A stretch of 64,000 nt of DNA from Enoplolaimus lenunculus (Eukaryota): the NCBI GenBank assembly GCA_030248215.1, contig JASANG010002509.1, positions 558,001-622,000 of the forward strand, given 5' to 3'. Within the stretch, counting starts at the first letter, position 1, and each line of letters starts with the position of its first letter. A program made the position numbers and the translations under genes. Shown here in pieces: positions 39,505 to 52,799 of this stretch. The notes under the pieces are model-generated. The model saw nothing but the letters and a program-made list of their open reading frames with translations. It ran no database searches and was not told the DNA's origin.

Positions 39505-42408
39505 ATGGCTGCGCTTCGACTACTGCGTCTGAAGACACCGAGTATTTTTGCTTCCTATGCGGTTGCCTGTTTAATACTGATCTTAGACGATTCTACAGCA
39601 ACTAAAAGTAAGAGGAAACACTGAATTCATTGTATACTTAATAATATTCAGATTTTATTTGACGAGAAAGCAGCAAATGTATTTGCATAAATAAGCACTA
39701 TGCACATGTACAAGATTTAGAGCGGGAACGTGCAGCTGCAAATTGCACACAAAACTTGCATTTTTCATCAGCTAACGAGAAAGTGGCTGCAATATATTCA
39801 ATAAACTTGCATGGTTATTCACACATGTGAACTAAGTTCCAAGCTATGATTTTGAATTAAGTATTGGCATGTGCAAGGTTTTGAAACCAGATTTCGGATA
39901 AAACTTGCAAGAGCAAGTTGAAGGTGCAAGTTTGCGCAGCAAAAACTGATATGGAAGCGGGGCGAATCCCGTCTTATCAACACAGGAAATATCTGAAAAT
40001 GAAATTCTCTCGGTTTTGAAATTTTTTTCTGCTCAAAAGTAAGCTCAAAATTTTTACGTCAGTTTGGGTATCTAAAATTTTTATTGTTCATCAAATTTTT
40101 GTGGTCCGCCGTTTGCTAAAATCGAGTTTAACGGTAAAACTCGCAAAAGTACTTAGTTGAATTTACAAACAACTTGTTTTTAGTACCACCGATTCAGAGC
40201 AATACGGCCATTCAACATACGCCAGCAGGAACCAAAACCGGGCATCAACCGCAAATCGAACCGGTTAGAGCTCGTGCAAGAGAAGGCAAAATCGTCGATG
40301 GTAATGAACAAGTGGGACCCAAAAACCGAAATAATGTTCAGCGACATTACGGATTTAGTGGATATCGAGGAAGTTTCGGTAGATTCTCTGGATTCGGTGG
40401 TTACCCATATGGTTTTGGTGGGTTCGGTGGATTTCCGTTCGGCGGATCGCCGTTTACAAATCCATTTGGAACAAATCCATTCGGAGTTCAGAATGGTACG
40501 TTTTGAGAACACGCAGCATGCACAGCTCACAGATTAAGCTTATTGGCCAATGAGCCAGCACGTCTAAAGCTACAGATAGAGAATGCGACATGTTCAAAAA
40601 TCATTCGTTTCGCAGACAGGATGCAACCGGATATCCGTTTCTGGTTCCGGTAAAAATCAGTGCCCGTTTCCGCTTGCGGTTATCAAAATTTTAGATGAAT
40701 AGAGATTAACAATTTTTTACCCGCAGTTTGTAATTCGTTACCCACGGGCATACCCGCATCAAAATTTGCTTACCTGGCCCGCGTTTATCTGTGGGTACTA
40801 GAGTGACGCGTGGACCTCTGATTCGAAATGAAGTATTAATTACGAAATTCATCTAAAATTAAAAAAATTCCTGAATCCAATATTTTCTTTAAAGTTTAAT
40901 TTTAGAAAGCACGGTGAATGTTTTCATTCCTCAACCATATTGACAATGGTAGGAAAACAAAACATCTTTGAAACATTTATACTTCAATATATACGTTTTT
41001 CGCTTGCGTTATTAAGCTTACTATCCGAGCTACTAAAATTGAAATCAATCACTACGCCCTCTGGTACAGTAGTGACCCGAATCAGACGAAGGACTGCTAT
41101 TTATTTTGCCTTTCTCAAAGGTACTCCCTGTTATCTGATTAAGTTATAGACCCAACACCCTTCCTATTTTATATGCCTTCCTTTTGGCAGAACTGACTTG
41201 TTATGAAGCATTTTTGTTGATTGCCATGCCGATCAATGTTTTTTCGGATCTAACAAATTTATGCGAGTTGCCCGAGTGTCTGTTACACATTTGAGCAGTC
41301 CAGGCCATTCTTCTGCTCTGGTCTTTGCGATGGACTAAGTATATTCAAAACGGACTCCGACAGGGTCTCTCCCACAGAACGCCGAAAACAGTTTTAAAGT
41401 AATTCGTTATAAATTTAAAATCTGACAAGAATGGACTGCTTAGTGTGGGGGTTTGGCGCTGGGGGCAACAGCCTACCATCCATGCTTAGAGTTCTTTGAA
41501 TTTACGGGGCTGAGAACCTAAATGACGAAAATTTGCCTATAGTATTTGTGGTGGAATGATTATCCTTCGTGGAGGGGGGGGCGAAGTAAAAATGCCTTCA
41601 AAATGGGGACCTCGACTAATATACGGGTCGCCATATCGTGGAGTTTTACCAGTTGTATTGAGCGGTTAGGATTCAATACTTTAGCTATAACCAATAAAAT
41701 ACGTGATGCACAAAGCACAAACATGAACCAATCACATTTTACCGCGGGAACCATTTTAACCAATCAGGTATTGTTGCTACAATGACTAGCCACCACTGTG
41801 GCAACTGATGCCGTGCTGTGTTCGACCGGGTATAAAAATACAGTAGCCGAAAGTCAACAAAATTAGTTGGAATCGGAGTGGAAGCGAAATTTTAAGTAGT
41901 TAAAATATTAAACTGTTTCATTTGCGAATTTGAGCAATATTGCTTAATTTTTCTGAAATCCCGACAATTCAGTGTTAAAATTGCACTCATACGTAAAGCC
42001 AAAAGAACCGAACGATGCCATTTTTGTAAAACTATGAAAAAGCCCAGTACCGAAATTACAGGAACATCCGGCAAACAACAGCCGAAAGACGATTTTTTAT
42101 CGGAACCGGAGGGAGACCTCCAGTTGTACCCTGCTAAGTAGCCAGATTGGCGAAACGGCTAAATCGGTCCAATTTGTATACAGCATATTTTGTCGCTCCC
42201 TATGGTATATGTGCCCCTTCGTATTAGAAATAACTGCCGTGCTTTTCTGATTGACAATCCTTTTTCAGCGTTTCAATACTACTGTAATCCAAACGGCCAA
42301 TGTATTCTATGTACAGTGGGACTGAATTGTCCAGATCCAAACGTGTCGCAGATTCCACTCAGTACTAATCTTCAAACGTGTCAACAAGGATGCGCCGGAA
42401 CAGGCTGA
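39505..42408 (+). CDS. Putative secreted precursor, about 184 aa: signal-like N-terminus, pro-region, Gly/Phe/Tyr-rich tract, six-Cys C-terminal module. Exons 39505-39607, 40184-40495, 42269-42408
   Basis: Three GT-AG exons join in frame through phase-1 introns (555 nt). Hydrophobic stretch SIFASYAVACLILIL, then GFGGFGGFPFGG repeats, then YYCNPNGQCILCTVGLNC...TCQQGC. Confidence 0.7.
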
Positions 42409-43234
42409 ACGAACAGAATGGCGTACAGCAGAAACAGTTTATCCTTACAAATAAAAACGAATCAAATCAAAATTAGTTGGATAAAAAACCTTATACACAG
42501 CAGTGTACAACCTGAGAGGTCTGCCTCCGGCTCCGGCAGAAAATCAACCTCAACCTTCGGTAGAATTTTTGCTGAATGTTCCGACTATTTCGGCAGTGAA
42601 ATTACCGTAGTTTATATAAAAGCTATCTTTTTCAGCGAGTTTTTTGCTTTGAGGTTTTCCAAGTTTTAACTAACGACTTTTAATAAAAACTTAAAGCTAT
42701 TTGGTGGTAATGCTAAACTAATTGGACATTTTTCACATCCTGTTCAACCTGCAGCCGGAAGTTGAAAACATTTGCCTAGGCCGGATGCGAAACAAAGTGT
42801 AGATAGCACGCTGTAAACGGTTAGCAAGAATAAAACACTCATGCGACGTTATTAACACTCCAGGATTAGCTTTTAAACAAAAATATTTATTCTCGTCGTA
42901 CGGACAGATGGACAAGCGGACGGACATCCACCATCCGAGCCCCAGTAGTAAACATAAAATACTACACGAAACTGTGAACTGAAGTTTTGCTTCGCTAAAT
43001 AAATAAAATACTTAATATTTTAGCTCAACTAAATAGCAATTAGCCTGGCGCTTTGAGCAGCTTTGTATTATAAAACCCAAATGTGAAATTACACACAGAG
43101 TAATAAGCTTTCACACAAAAATGTTGATCAAACTCCATTCAGTGATCTCTGACATTCACATGTCAAACGGACGGACGTTGACTTGAACATTCATCAGCAC
43201 AAAACGTATTCAAACTATATTAAATCTTTAAAAT

Positions 43235-43522
43235 TCAACATTTATAAAGTAACGCTTTACTTCCTTCTTCAGGCCCAATAAAATTTTGTTGACCTCCAGG
43301 CACCCGGCTTTTCCGCCGTTTGCATCCTGCTAACGAAGCATGCTTGTCATGCAGTCGAAGCAAACGCACCATTATGCTCAAGGCGTTAAGTTTTTTCTGG
43401 TTCCTAATGTTAAAAACCCTTGAATCCATATTTCTGAAATTTAGAAATCGCGAGTTTAATTTATCGTAGTAAATCTCGGGACGGACGCGGATCGAATTTT
43501 TTAAAATCTCTGACAGTCTCAT
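43235..43522 (-). pseudogene. Possible degenerate MADF/Myb-SANT domain (Harbinger ORF1-like remnant)
   Basis: ILKNSIRVRPEIYYDKLNSRF...LRLHDKH loosely matches the MADF pattern LI..VR.RP.LWD...LRDKY. Confidence 0.3.
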
Positions 43523-43802
43523 CTTTTTCTACAATACCGAAAATAAGTTTTTATATATAAGTAGTTGCACTTATTCCACTTAGAATCAATCAGTGTTTCA
43601 ATACAGGTATGTAGAAGTAATCCCATTAAACGCATAAATAATACAATTCAACCTAATATTTAAAGTATTTGGTTCATTCGTTATGTTTTCTGTAAATTTT
43701 AAAAAGCTCGATCTTGTAAAGAAAAAACTGGCATTTTATTTTATAAACCAATTTACATATTAACTAACAATGAATCGTTATAACAGTACACGTGCGGTTC
43801 AT

Positions 43803-43900
43803 AAAATTTGAAACAAGCACAGGGATACACACAGAATTTCTGCAATGTTAAAATTTGAAACAAGCACAGGGATACACACAGAATTTCTGCAATGTTAAAA
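43803..43900. repeat. Perfect 47-bp tandem duplication
   Basis: AAAATTTGAAACAAGCACAGGGATACACACAGAATTTCTGCAATGTT occurs twice. Confidence 0.9.
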
Positions 43901-43949
43901 TTTTACAATGGTATTAATTTTTGTTCTCCATACCATTCCCAGAAGCGCT

Positions 43950-44700
43950 CTGACCATTATTTATCTCGCAGACCAGTCACTAACACCATCACAGTTCATG
44001 GTCACATTCTGCCTCGGCATCATCCACCCCGTAGATATAATTATACTGACGAACTTCTCTGCTTTGAGCATCGAGAAATACCTCTAACTTTCAGTAACAT
44101 AGTACACAAGCCTTTTCTCACGCCATAATTTTCTTTGAAGTAATTCAATCCGCATGTCTTCGAATATCATTTATAACGGCCGATTGCGTGAAACAGGGCC
44201 GTAACAGTAGCATTAGCATATTATTAAGCAAACGCGTAAGACTGAGCTTACGCCTAAGCCTATGCATTAGCGTAAGCAGAAAATTTGTCTAAAGTTTAAG
44301 CTTACTCTATTGCAGTCCCGCAGACCAGTCCACCCTTGATTTTTATGCGGGGAAATATAACCAACACAGACACTTGTGGAGCCTCCTCTGCACTTGCTGC
44401 TCAAATAAAGTAACCAGGATCTTTGGCACGGACACATTCTTCCCATTTGACCATTAGTCAGTCTTGCTCTTTGTACGTACTGCTTGTGAACAGATCGGCG
44501 TAATGCAAATCATGCATGCGGGCATATTCTTTTAATGCTCCTGATATACGTGCAACTACGGTCTTCACGTTTATTTAGCTGCCCAATGTTTCAATAGCAT
44601 GTGCTGATTTATCACCACAAAAGCACTTCCCACTTTTGCGTTTTCCCCTAATGTAGGAAAATAGTTTTGTTGTTCTTATGACACTGTGGGTAATTTTACA
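43950..44700 (-). pseudogene. Decayed PIF1-family (Helitron-type) helicase fragment, interrupted by a MITE
   Basis: Manual translation with stops and frameshifts gives LFSYIRGKRKSGKCFCG, ADLFTSSTYKEQD*LMVKWEECVRAKDP, LYLSSKCRGG and FLDAQSREVRQYN, in the same order as PIF1 motifs (R.IR..PFGG; F.S..W; L....RQKD; N.EV..YN). Confidence 0.45.
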
Positions 44701-44892
44701 ACACCGTCGAACGTACAACAGAAACAAGAGCAACTAAAACTGATACGCATTACAACTACAAAGATCAAGTTATAACCAACATAGGTCATCAGCCGCTGTA
44801 ACGAGTTATCCATCACTAAAAATACAATTAACCATGCTTTACAATACTAGATATGCGATCAGCGATCATCATTACAAAAATATACGTTAAGA

Positions 44893-45090
44893 TTATGCAC
44901 TCCGACTACTCGCATATAGCAAAACGCCAAAATCACGTATTACGCTTACAATATTAATTTCCAATAGCATCAGACTAATTATTTCAAAACTTACACAATG
45001 ATATTGTTTATTGGTAGGTGAATAAGTTTGACGAAGAAACCGATGAAGCCCATAACAGCAAAACCAATCGTAGTAACAAGACAATATAAC
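44893..45090 (-). pseudogene. SEC61G: Sec61 gamma (SEC61G/Sss1) C-terminal exon plus a short terminal exon; no N-terminal exon found
   Basis: [28 protein letters not shown] is nearly identical to the Sec61-gamma TM segment and is followed by a GTAAGT donor within the final Val codon. The RCTKPDRK N-terminal half was not found upstream. Confidence 0.65.
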
Positions 45091-45739
45091 TTAGTGTAAA
45101 AATACAGCATAAACAACGCAAGGAATGCCCGATAACTTGACAGACGATACTGTGTGTTATACGATTGGCAAAACATTGAGCTTTTTGATTGGAAAAAACT
45201 GCTGTGGTATCGACCTGTTTAAAATGTTACTTAAGCCTAGTATTCTAAAACCACAGAGAGTAGTGTGAGTCTCACGAAATAAAACGGAATACTATTGCGA
45301 ATTTTGGTTCTTGTACACACTGCATTCGCATTTTAGTTTAAAGCTTACGCCCAGGTATTCTTTCGTAAGAAAGATTTGGATTGGAGAAAATTTGCACGTA
45401 TCATGTATGTGTCTAAATAAAATTCGACATGTAGATTTGACAAGTTCTGTACATTCGAGAACATCTGTCTAAAAACAAAGCTTTCAGCAATATTATATAT
45501 GCACGCATCCTAAAGAGTTGGTTCAAACGAAAACTACGGTTATGTCATAGGTAATACACAATCAAATCAAAAAGGAGGTGCAATTTCGTCCTTTTCAAAT
45601 ACAGATTATATATTTTAAACAACTAAAGTCAGGGTTATAAATGGCATCATATAAAAACGTGCAGTAACCGCAGAATGATATACTTAATTTACAATTACAA
45701 TATCTTGAATTATTGACTACCGTAAGGCCAGAAATGATT

Positions 45740-48700
45740 TTACGTCGAACTGATGCTCTCTGTAGTCCGAGAACGCACGATGCCACCGATTCCACCAGGT
45801 GTTGAAGCGACGATAGCAGCAGATGTTGTACCCATCCCCGGTCTGTTAACTGCAGGAGCAATTCCAGGCGTCGACGCTATCCCAACCGGTAACGATGGCA
45901 ACACAGGTGGATCAAGAATTGATTCTAATCGTACAAAATCAACCACTCCATGACCTGCACCAGTTTCACGAGGCGGTGGAGGAGGAACACCACCACCAGA
46001 TGGTGTACCAGCAGCAGATGCTGCCATAGTTGTTGAACTGCCTGATGTAACTGCGCCAGTACTAGATGTTACTGGGTGACCTTCCAACTGATCTTGGCAC
46101 CAAAAAATCAGCTTCAACAATAACTCCAGTTTCGGTGCAGGAGCTTCGTGTTCAGCAGACAAAATCGCGCCATTAACTTCTCGCGCAACCTAAAGAAGGA
46201 ACATAATCTATAGTTAAAATGAAAAGCGTTAAACCATAGTAACGAAAAAGAAGATTTGTGTCGATGCCTGGTACATAATCATTCGGTGAGAAGCACATAT
46301 TTTTGGAAGATGGCCATATATGTATTACATACTCTCGCTGTATTAATAGACATAGAATGTGATCAGGTGTGTATATTTTGATTTGACGTACGTAGCATTC
46401 AGGGTGCGAGCAGCGGAAATGAACTTACCGGATAATGGAACCGGTCAGTGAATTCTTTTACCGGACGCGGATAACAACAGGAAATATCACCTAAATTTGT
46501 GGAGGGTGAATTACTTGAATAGAGCAGAAGTAAATGTTTATTGAATTATATATAACTAAATCGTTAGTTTGAATTTTTCTTTTTTAACTTTAGTGTATCA
46601 AAACTTAAATTTCTTAACTTGCCAAAAAATGCAATTGCAATAGATGTTAAAGACGCTCGCTTAACAAAGCATTTTTTGAAAATTGAAACATTGACGCAAA
46701 TATCCTGTAGTTTTATATCGGACACCGCAACCGGATATTACAACGGACCTGGATATCTGGCGGCAACGTGGTAACATTCGCAAATCGACGTCCGATTCCA
46801 GCATTGTAATTTGTTTAAAATTATACAATATCTCATCCACTTTTGATCGAAACGACAGAAATAATTACCTTATACCAGATATTAACTCATTTCAAATTCT
46901 TGATGCGCGGTCGTATCGTTGAACGCATTCATGTACGCTGATGCAGCAATAAAATAAATTTATAGCATATTCTAGTACTATTTTAACGGTACCAAATTTT
47001 CTATGATTCGATTCTAGTGAAAGCCGTCACAACTCTGTTCAATATTTCGTGGACATTTGCAATATGTTCAATTTTTATAGCACATTTCTATATACACTTT
47101 TACAACACAACGTAAAGAACGTCTATTAATATATACCTTTGCACGTTGAGCAACATTGAAGAGGTTAGCAAACGGTGAGTTGAGCGGATTTTGGAACGCA
47201 AGTAGAGCAAGCGTTTGCTCCATCTCGCACAAGATCCTATGATCTATCTCTCCTTTTTCCGAAATATTTTGTTGCGCAAACCTGGATAGAAAACATAAAC
47301 CAACGAATACAAGCATCGATGATCAGTCCTGGTAATTCCACCACCCGAATTTCCGTTCAAACCGGACCAACGGAAAATCTCAAATTCTATTACTGTTTCT
47401 ATTCTGGATTTGCAAATACTCAAACCGGAAATTTAGCAACTTTGTCAAAACTGGTTGGCTTTGCATATGGTACAACAAGCTAACACAAAAAACTTGACGC
47501 ATGTTTATGGAGCCCTGCTCCGATGATTTACCAGTCTCAGTGGGACTATACGTATTGAGCGAAGCTCGAACACACGTAAGCAGTTAAGCTAATATGCAAA
47601 TTGGTTATTAGCTAACTATTCATCTATCGGTTTTGGAGGTTTCTGAACAATTTCTTCAGGTCCCTCGAACGCAAAAACCTTAGCAATTATTATAGAAATA
47701 ATTTAAAAAGTCTTAATTTTGTCTTGTCAATTAAGCTAATATGCAAATTAGCTATTAGCTAACTATTCAATTATCAATTTCAGAGGTTTGTACACAATTT
47801 ACTCAAATTACTCGCATCCAAAAACCCTTTAGTGCTGAAATAAGATTGCTTTTAACCCTAATAATTAGTGAAATATTGTAAAAATCTTAATTTAGGCTTA
47901 ACTAATTAGGCAAATTAGCCTGTGTAGCTAATAAACGGCTAAAAATTTTGAACGCCAATGCGAGGTTAACGCCCCAGGATATATAATTGGCTTTCAAACA
48001 AAAAAAGTTTATCAAAATCCGGACAGGCGTTCCTGAGATTCTATTCTGACGGACAGACGGACGGACGGACATCCCCTACTCGACCCCAGAGTACGAAACA
48101 TAAAACGCTTCGCGAAACCGAGCTTCGCTGTAACTTTCGCTGGCTCAATAAGCCATAGTATATAAATCTGCATTTAATAATACAAAGCAAAACAAATATG
48201 AGCATACCTTAGCGCATCTTCGTGTCGCCCTGCCCGAATTAGCTCAATCAGCTGCTGTTGAAGCAGATGAAAATGCAGGTATGCGTCACCATCGAGCAAT
48301 TCAGGGTAGCGATCATTAAGTTGTTCTACAGCGCTTCGAATATCGCCACCGCGAATTGATTCCCGAATTTCAATTCGACCCGTAATTCGTCCTGGAGGTC
48401 CTGTTGCGCTCCACGATGCCTGATTTCTTTCTGCCAGTGAGGATATCTCTGACATAGCCGTGGCACCAGATTCGGTAGAGCAGGTAGAAACAAAGTTTGT
48501 TCCTGCCGATTTGTCGATTTTTGCATCAACTGTTGACTTGTGCAAACTTTGATTACTTTGATTGTGTAAACTGTCAGTACCATTAATTTCTATTGCCGAT
48601 ATACTTGAGAGATCACAGTTTCTAGAGTTTCCACCGGGTGCAAGAATGCCACCATGTTGTACCGCAGAATCCTGCTGACCAGCAATAGTACTGCCAATTC

Positions 48701-48965
48701 CTGCAGTAACAGTCGCACATAAACTGTTTGCTTCGAGAAGAAAAAGCTGCGCTGCTTCTTCGTAACCTTCGGTCCGCAGGTAATCATAGATGAGTGAATT
48801 GATTTCTCCACCATTTAAAGGTAACGCAGGATTTGCGTTGCAACTATCAATGTTACCACTACCCGGTACGTCCGAGTATAAACAACACATTGAGTTATCT
48901 GTTGAATTCGGTAAGGACAAAAATGATGGACTAACACTGCCACTGAGCAGTTCTGTCTCCGCCAT
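45740..48965 (-). CDS. GID8: GID8/TWA1 (CTLH E3 ligase scaffold; LisH-CTLH-CRA), about 450 aa. Exons 48965-48208, 47281-47137, 46189-45740
   Basis: LisH INSLIYDYLRTEGYEEAAQLFLLEA; CTLH RIEIRESIRGGDIRSAVEQLNDRYPELLD...LHFHLLQQQLIELIR; CRA EMEQTLALLAF..P..SPF and VAREVNGAIL...PKLELLLKLIFWCQDQL. In-frame GT-AG junctions. Confidence 0.92.
47475..48151 (+). mobile_element. Helentron/DINE-like non-autonomous element in GID8 intron 1; related copy about 42790-43030
   Basis: Starts with AACAAG, contains a (GACG/GACA)n microsatellite, and shares a 3' block CCCCAG..TA..AAACATAAAA..CGAAAC with the 42.9-kb copy. Confidence 0.5.
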
Positions 48966-50521
48966 TGTACTTTTCGCCGTTTATCAGTGATTTCTACGCA
49001 AAATTTAGACAGCTGATCCCACAAAATGGGAATTCACTACTACAGTTTTAGACACAGTAAACAAGTTATCTATACGTACTTGAAACTTAATACTAAAAAT
49101 TGTGCTAAATAAAAAGACGTATTTTTATACAAAAACAAAACCGGAAAAGTAATGGTCACTGGCGCTTTGATAAAATTGTTTCCAATATGCATTACATACG
49201 TATATATTTGTCAAATTCCGCTAACAATCTCAACCAGAATGGACACTGTCAGTATGCTGCTAGAAAGGAAGGCTTACAGAGCGGGGATGCGCCACGTAGC
49301 CCGCCTCTCAAACTACTTTAATTGTCACTTATATGTCGATATTCACATGCTGCTGGCCAGCATATATACAGTTGATCGTGACAACAGCATACATACAATG
49401 CATGGTTGAACCGGATTCCGAAAAATGCCAGAGTCGGATAGTTCAATATCCGGCTCCGGCAAGCTGTATACATACATTCATAGTTTTGTTGGGATAGAAA
49501 TAGAAATATGCTGAGTGAGATATACATACTGTTACGCCCAAAAGTAACAATATTTAACAGGGTGAAGTGAGGATGTATGGAGGCAAAATAAAACCTCTGG
49601 CTAATACTGCATATCGGTTAAAACACGGATGCATATGTAGAGCCTTCATATGCATCAGCAGCAACAACATGAAAGAATCAAAAGGCAGGGAGCGACCGGA
49701 TATCCGGTTCTGATTTAATACGTCGTAAAAACTGATATCTGTTTGTTGTGCCGAATATCATAAAACTGCTGTTTACAAGTGAGAGTCTTTATTAACATCT
49801 TGCTGTGATTACATTTCTGGGCAAGTCAAGAAGTTCAAGTATTGATACGTTTTTAGAAACTTTCAACTTATGTAAGCAAGAGAGTGTTTAATTAAATAAA
49901 TAATTTCAGTTTATCAGTAGCGATTATGAACTTTATAACATGAACGAAAACCTTGAGCAAGCTTAAAATACTGCGAAAATATAAATTATTTTAACATATA
50001 CTATGTCCGGTTCCTGTTTCGGTAAAAAATTCAATATCCTTATCCGGTTCCGATAAATTAATATACGGTTGAACCAAACTATGAGGCGGCATGGCTCGGT
50101 GGTAGCGCACCGGACGGAGAACCTGACGAAAGGCCTCACTCCAACATACGTATCACAACCAGGTATTCCAGCCCTGTTTTAACCAAATAAATATTGTGAA
50201 CATTCACCGGCACATGCAAACATTTACATTACTTGTATGTACGAAAGAAAAATATGTAAAAGCAAGTCAAACTACACCATGGTAGTTGGCGTAAATACAA
50301 ATTATGGTTTAAAATTTTTGAAGTTTTTTAAAAAACATCCAGCTATTTAAAATTCTGGAGCCAGATGTTGATTTTTAGCGGGACCGATACCCATTGAACC
50401 CTAACAGTACACTGCACTATATTACATGTGCACATACCGGCAAAGCATGTCTCACACTCTGTCATGACCCAATTTTTCTAAAAGGGTTCCTTGAATTCCA
50501 ACCCTTTTTCGACAAGATACC

Positions 50522-50830
50522 GTGTTCACAGTGCGGCCATTTACCATAGCACTCAGGCGTAACCTTTTGCTAACAGACGGAACATGGGTAGAAATCGCGT
50601 TACTTACATCTATAAAATTTCAGGTTCGCAGTTCAACTCAAAAATCAGTGCCTATCAAGTCATCTCAGACTGAACGTCAATCAGTTCTGTACGCCAGTCA
50701 GTTAGGTCAAAAAGACGGACCCATGAGGCGTCGGTCATGTAATATGGCTGATAATTTTTTTCCGACGTGAAAGATAGCTACCGCCTAATCGCCGACGTGG
50801 CTGAAGAAAGTATTTATTAACAAGAGAACT
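50522..50830 (+). pseudogene. Possible decayed piggyBac transposase fragment
   Basis: LLTDGT...IKFQV followed by SCNMADNFFPT*KIATA resembles the piggyBac D-NFF catalytic motif region. It contains stops. Confidence 0.3.
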
Positions 50831-51347
50831 TTCTTGAATCGTTAGCAACAAATTCTTTTATGGTTTACTGGAAAAGGCCAACATGAGGCAGAAACATATG
50901 AATAGCAAACTTTCTGTCAGAAGTGAACCAATTCACCAGCCCCGTTTGACACAACTTAAATTTTAGAAGCATTATTCAGCTTTCGGTGAAACAGTTCACA
51001 CAGAAATGATATAGGTTGCGGGTCCAATCAAATATATGTTTCCAGCTTCGACAAGTATTAACAAAGTCACACAAAAATATGTCAAATTACAAGTTTTGAA
51101 TTTCGATGCGAATACATAACGGTTCTCATGGGGCCGCCCAGTCCGTGTCCCCAACAGGTATAAAAACTATCCATTTGTGTGAAGAGTTCGCAATAAAATT
51201 GCCTGGTTTTGCTCGCTTAGTTCTATGAGATTCTGGATTTTTTTCTGAAACTTCGAGAGCAGACGTTTGACATACTGCTTCCCATTATCCATTAAAAATG
51301 CTTGTATCTCTTACTGTCACCGGATTTAATACGCAGCCGATAGTTCT

Positions 51348-51628
51348 TTATTCATTTACGCCGCAGACAGGACAGTAGCCAACACACATGCTAAAAAAAG
51401 AGGTGTGTTAACGTTAGCGCGTTACGCTGCAGACAGTCCCATGACCAGCTAGCTTGCTAAAGAGAGAGTTGCTAGCGATAGTGCGTTATTCATTTACGCT
51501 GCAGAAAAGCCGTGTAGCAAGCTCACTTGCTAAAGAGGGGCTACCGATGGCGTGTTATTCATTTAAGCAGCCGAATGGCCAGTGGCCAGCTCACTTGCTA
51601 GAGAAATGGGCTAACAATTATTCACAAC
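51348..51628. repeat. Degenerate tandem repeat, about 65-70 bp period, about 4 copies
   Basis: Recurrent TTATTCATTTACGC.GCAG and CACTTGCTAAAGAG blocks. Confidence 0.6.
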
Positions 51629-52799
51629 GGGCACACAATTGATTCTGATGGTATAGAAGAAAGGTTAAAATTTTACGGGGGAGGGATTGTTCTAGATCTG
51701 CCAATGTTCTTATATACATATGTTAAAAATGATTGGAAACAAGGCGGTAACTTGGACTGTCTATTAAAGCTTACAGGATACAGCTGAACTTGTTTAACGT
51801 ATATTTCACAATGATGTCGTTCCTTGTTGAAATACTGAGAATAAAACGATTGGTATAAATTCCTATTTTTGATCTTGCTGTAGTGTTAAAACTTGTTGTC
51901 TAATTTGCATGTTTACGCAAACTTCCTTGGCATGTGCAATATTCAAAACACAATTCATACTATAGTCAGCGGTATCTTCTTTGGTGACTTTAGCTAGATT
52001 GCACCGGTCGAATTCGAGGTGGGGGTTTTAAAATTTGAAATGGTGTCGCAGTACCAGGTCCATACTTAAATGGAAGGGCAACATGGGCGTAGCCAGGATT
52101 TTTGTTTGGGTGGCCACATAAATACTTATTAAATATATAGTATGTTAATAGATTTTCATCAATTAGCATGTGCATCAGTGTGCAAAACGTAACTGGATTA
52201 GGGTAAACTTGCCTATAATGGACAATTTTAACACAGCTCTATCTAAACAATGTTTATTGAGCTTTCGTTGTAGGTATGGACACTTGAACAATTTTATATT
52301 GACATCGCATTGAATATATGGATACTAGCATATTAGCAATCAGACCTCATTGAACACACAGGTAAATTCATACTTCTACGTAAAAGATAACACCGCCTAT
52401 AAACACTTCAACAACATCTCATACCCAATAATTTGACAGGAAACCAATGCGATTATATATTAAGCATCAAATACACTTGTATTCTGAATTGAAATTTGCG
52501 GATGAAGCTCGGACCCTACTTATAAATCTATAGCCAAGCAGTTGCATTGGCGATAGTGCACGCTCCAGCTTTAAATATACCAAGAGCGTACACCAGTGGA
52601 AGGATATGGGATATATCCCTTTCTAAAATTTCTTGAGAATCAAATAAAAGCCGTGATGCTGTTTAATATAAGCTTCTGGATTCTACAGATCTAAAAATTA
52701 TTCTCGCTGTGTAAGAATACATCCACCCGAAATGAAATCGTGCGTTACGCTACTGTCAACTATTAAATAACGTTTGATTGTAACTAGCGATTATTACTG

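Noticed and set aside
40180..40537. Alternative-frame and antisense ORFs over the Gly-rich exon
   Set aside because: Shadow ORFs. Only the Gly-rich frame fits the flanking splice phases.
41170..41420. Possible Tc1 transposase remnant (HRKDQSRRMAW...FVRSEK on the minus strand)
   Set aside because: Similarity is too weak to support without a profile search.
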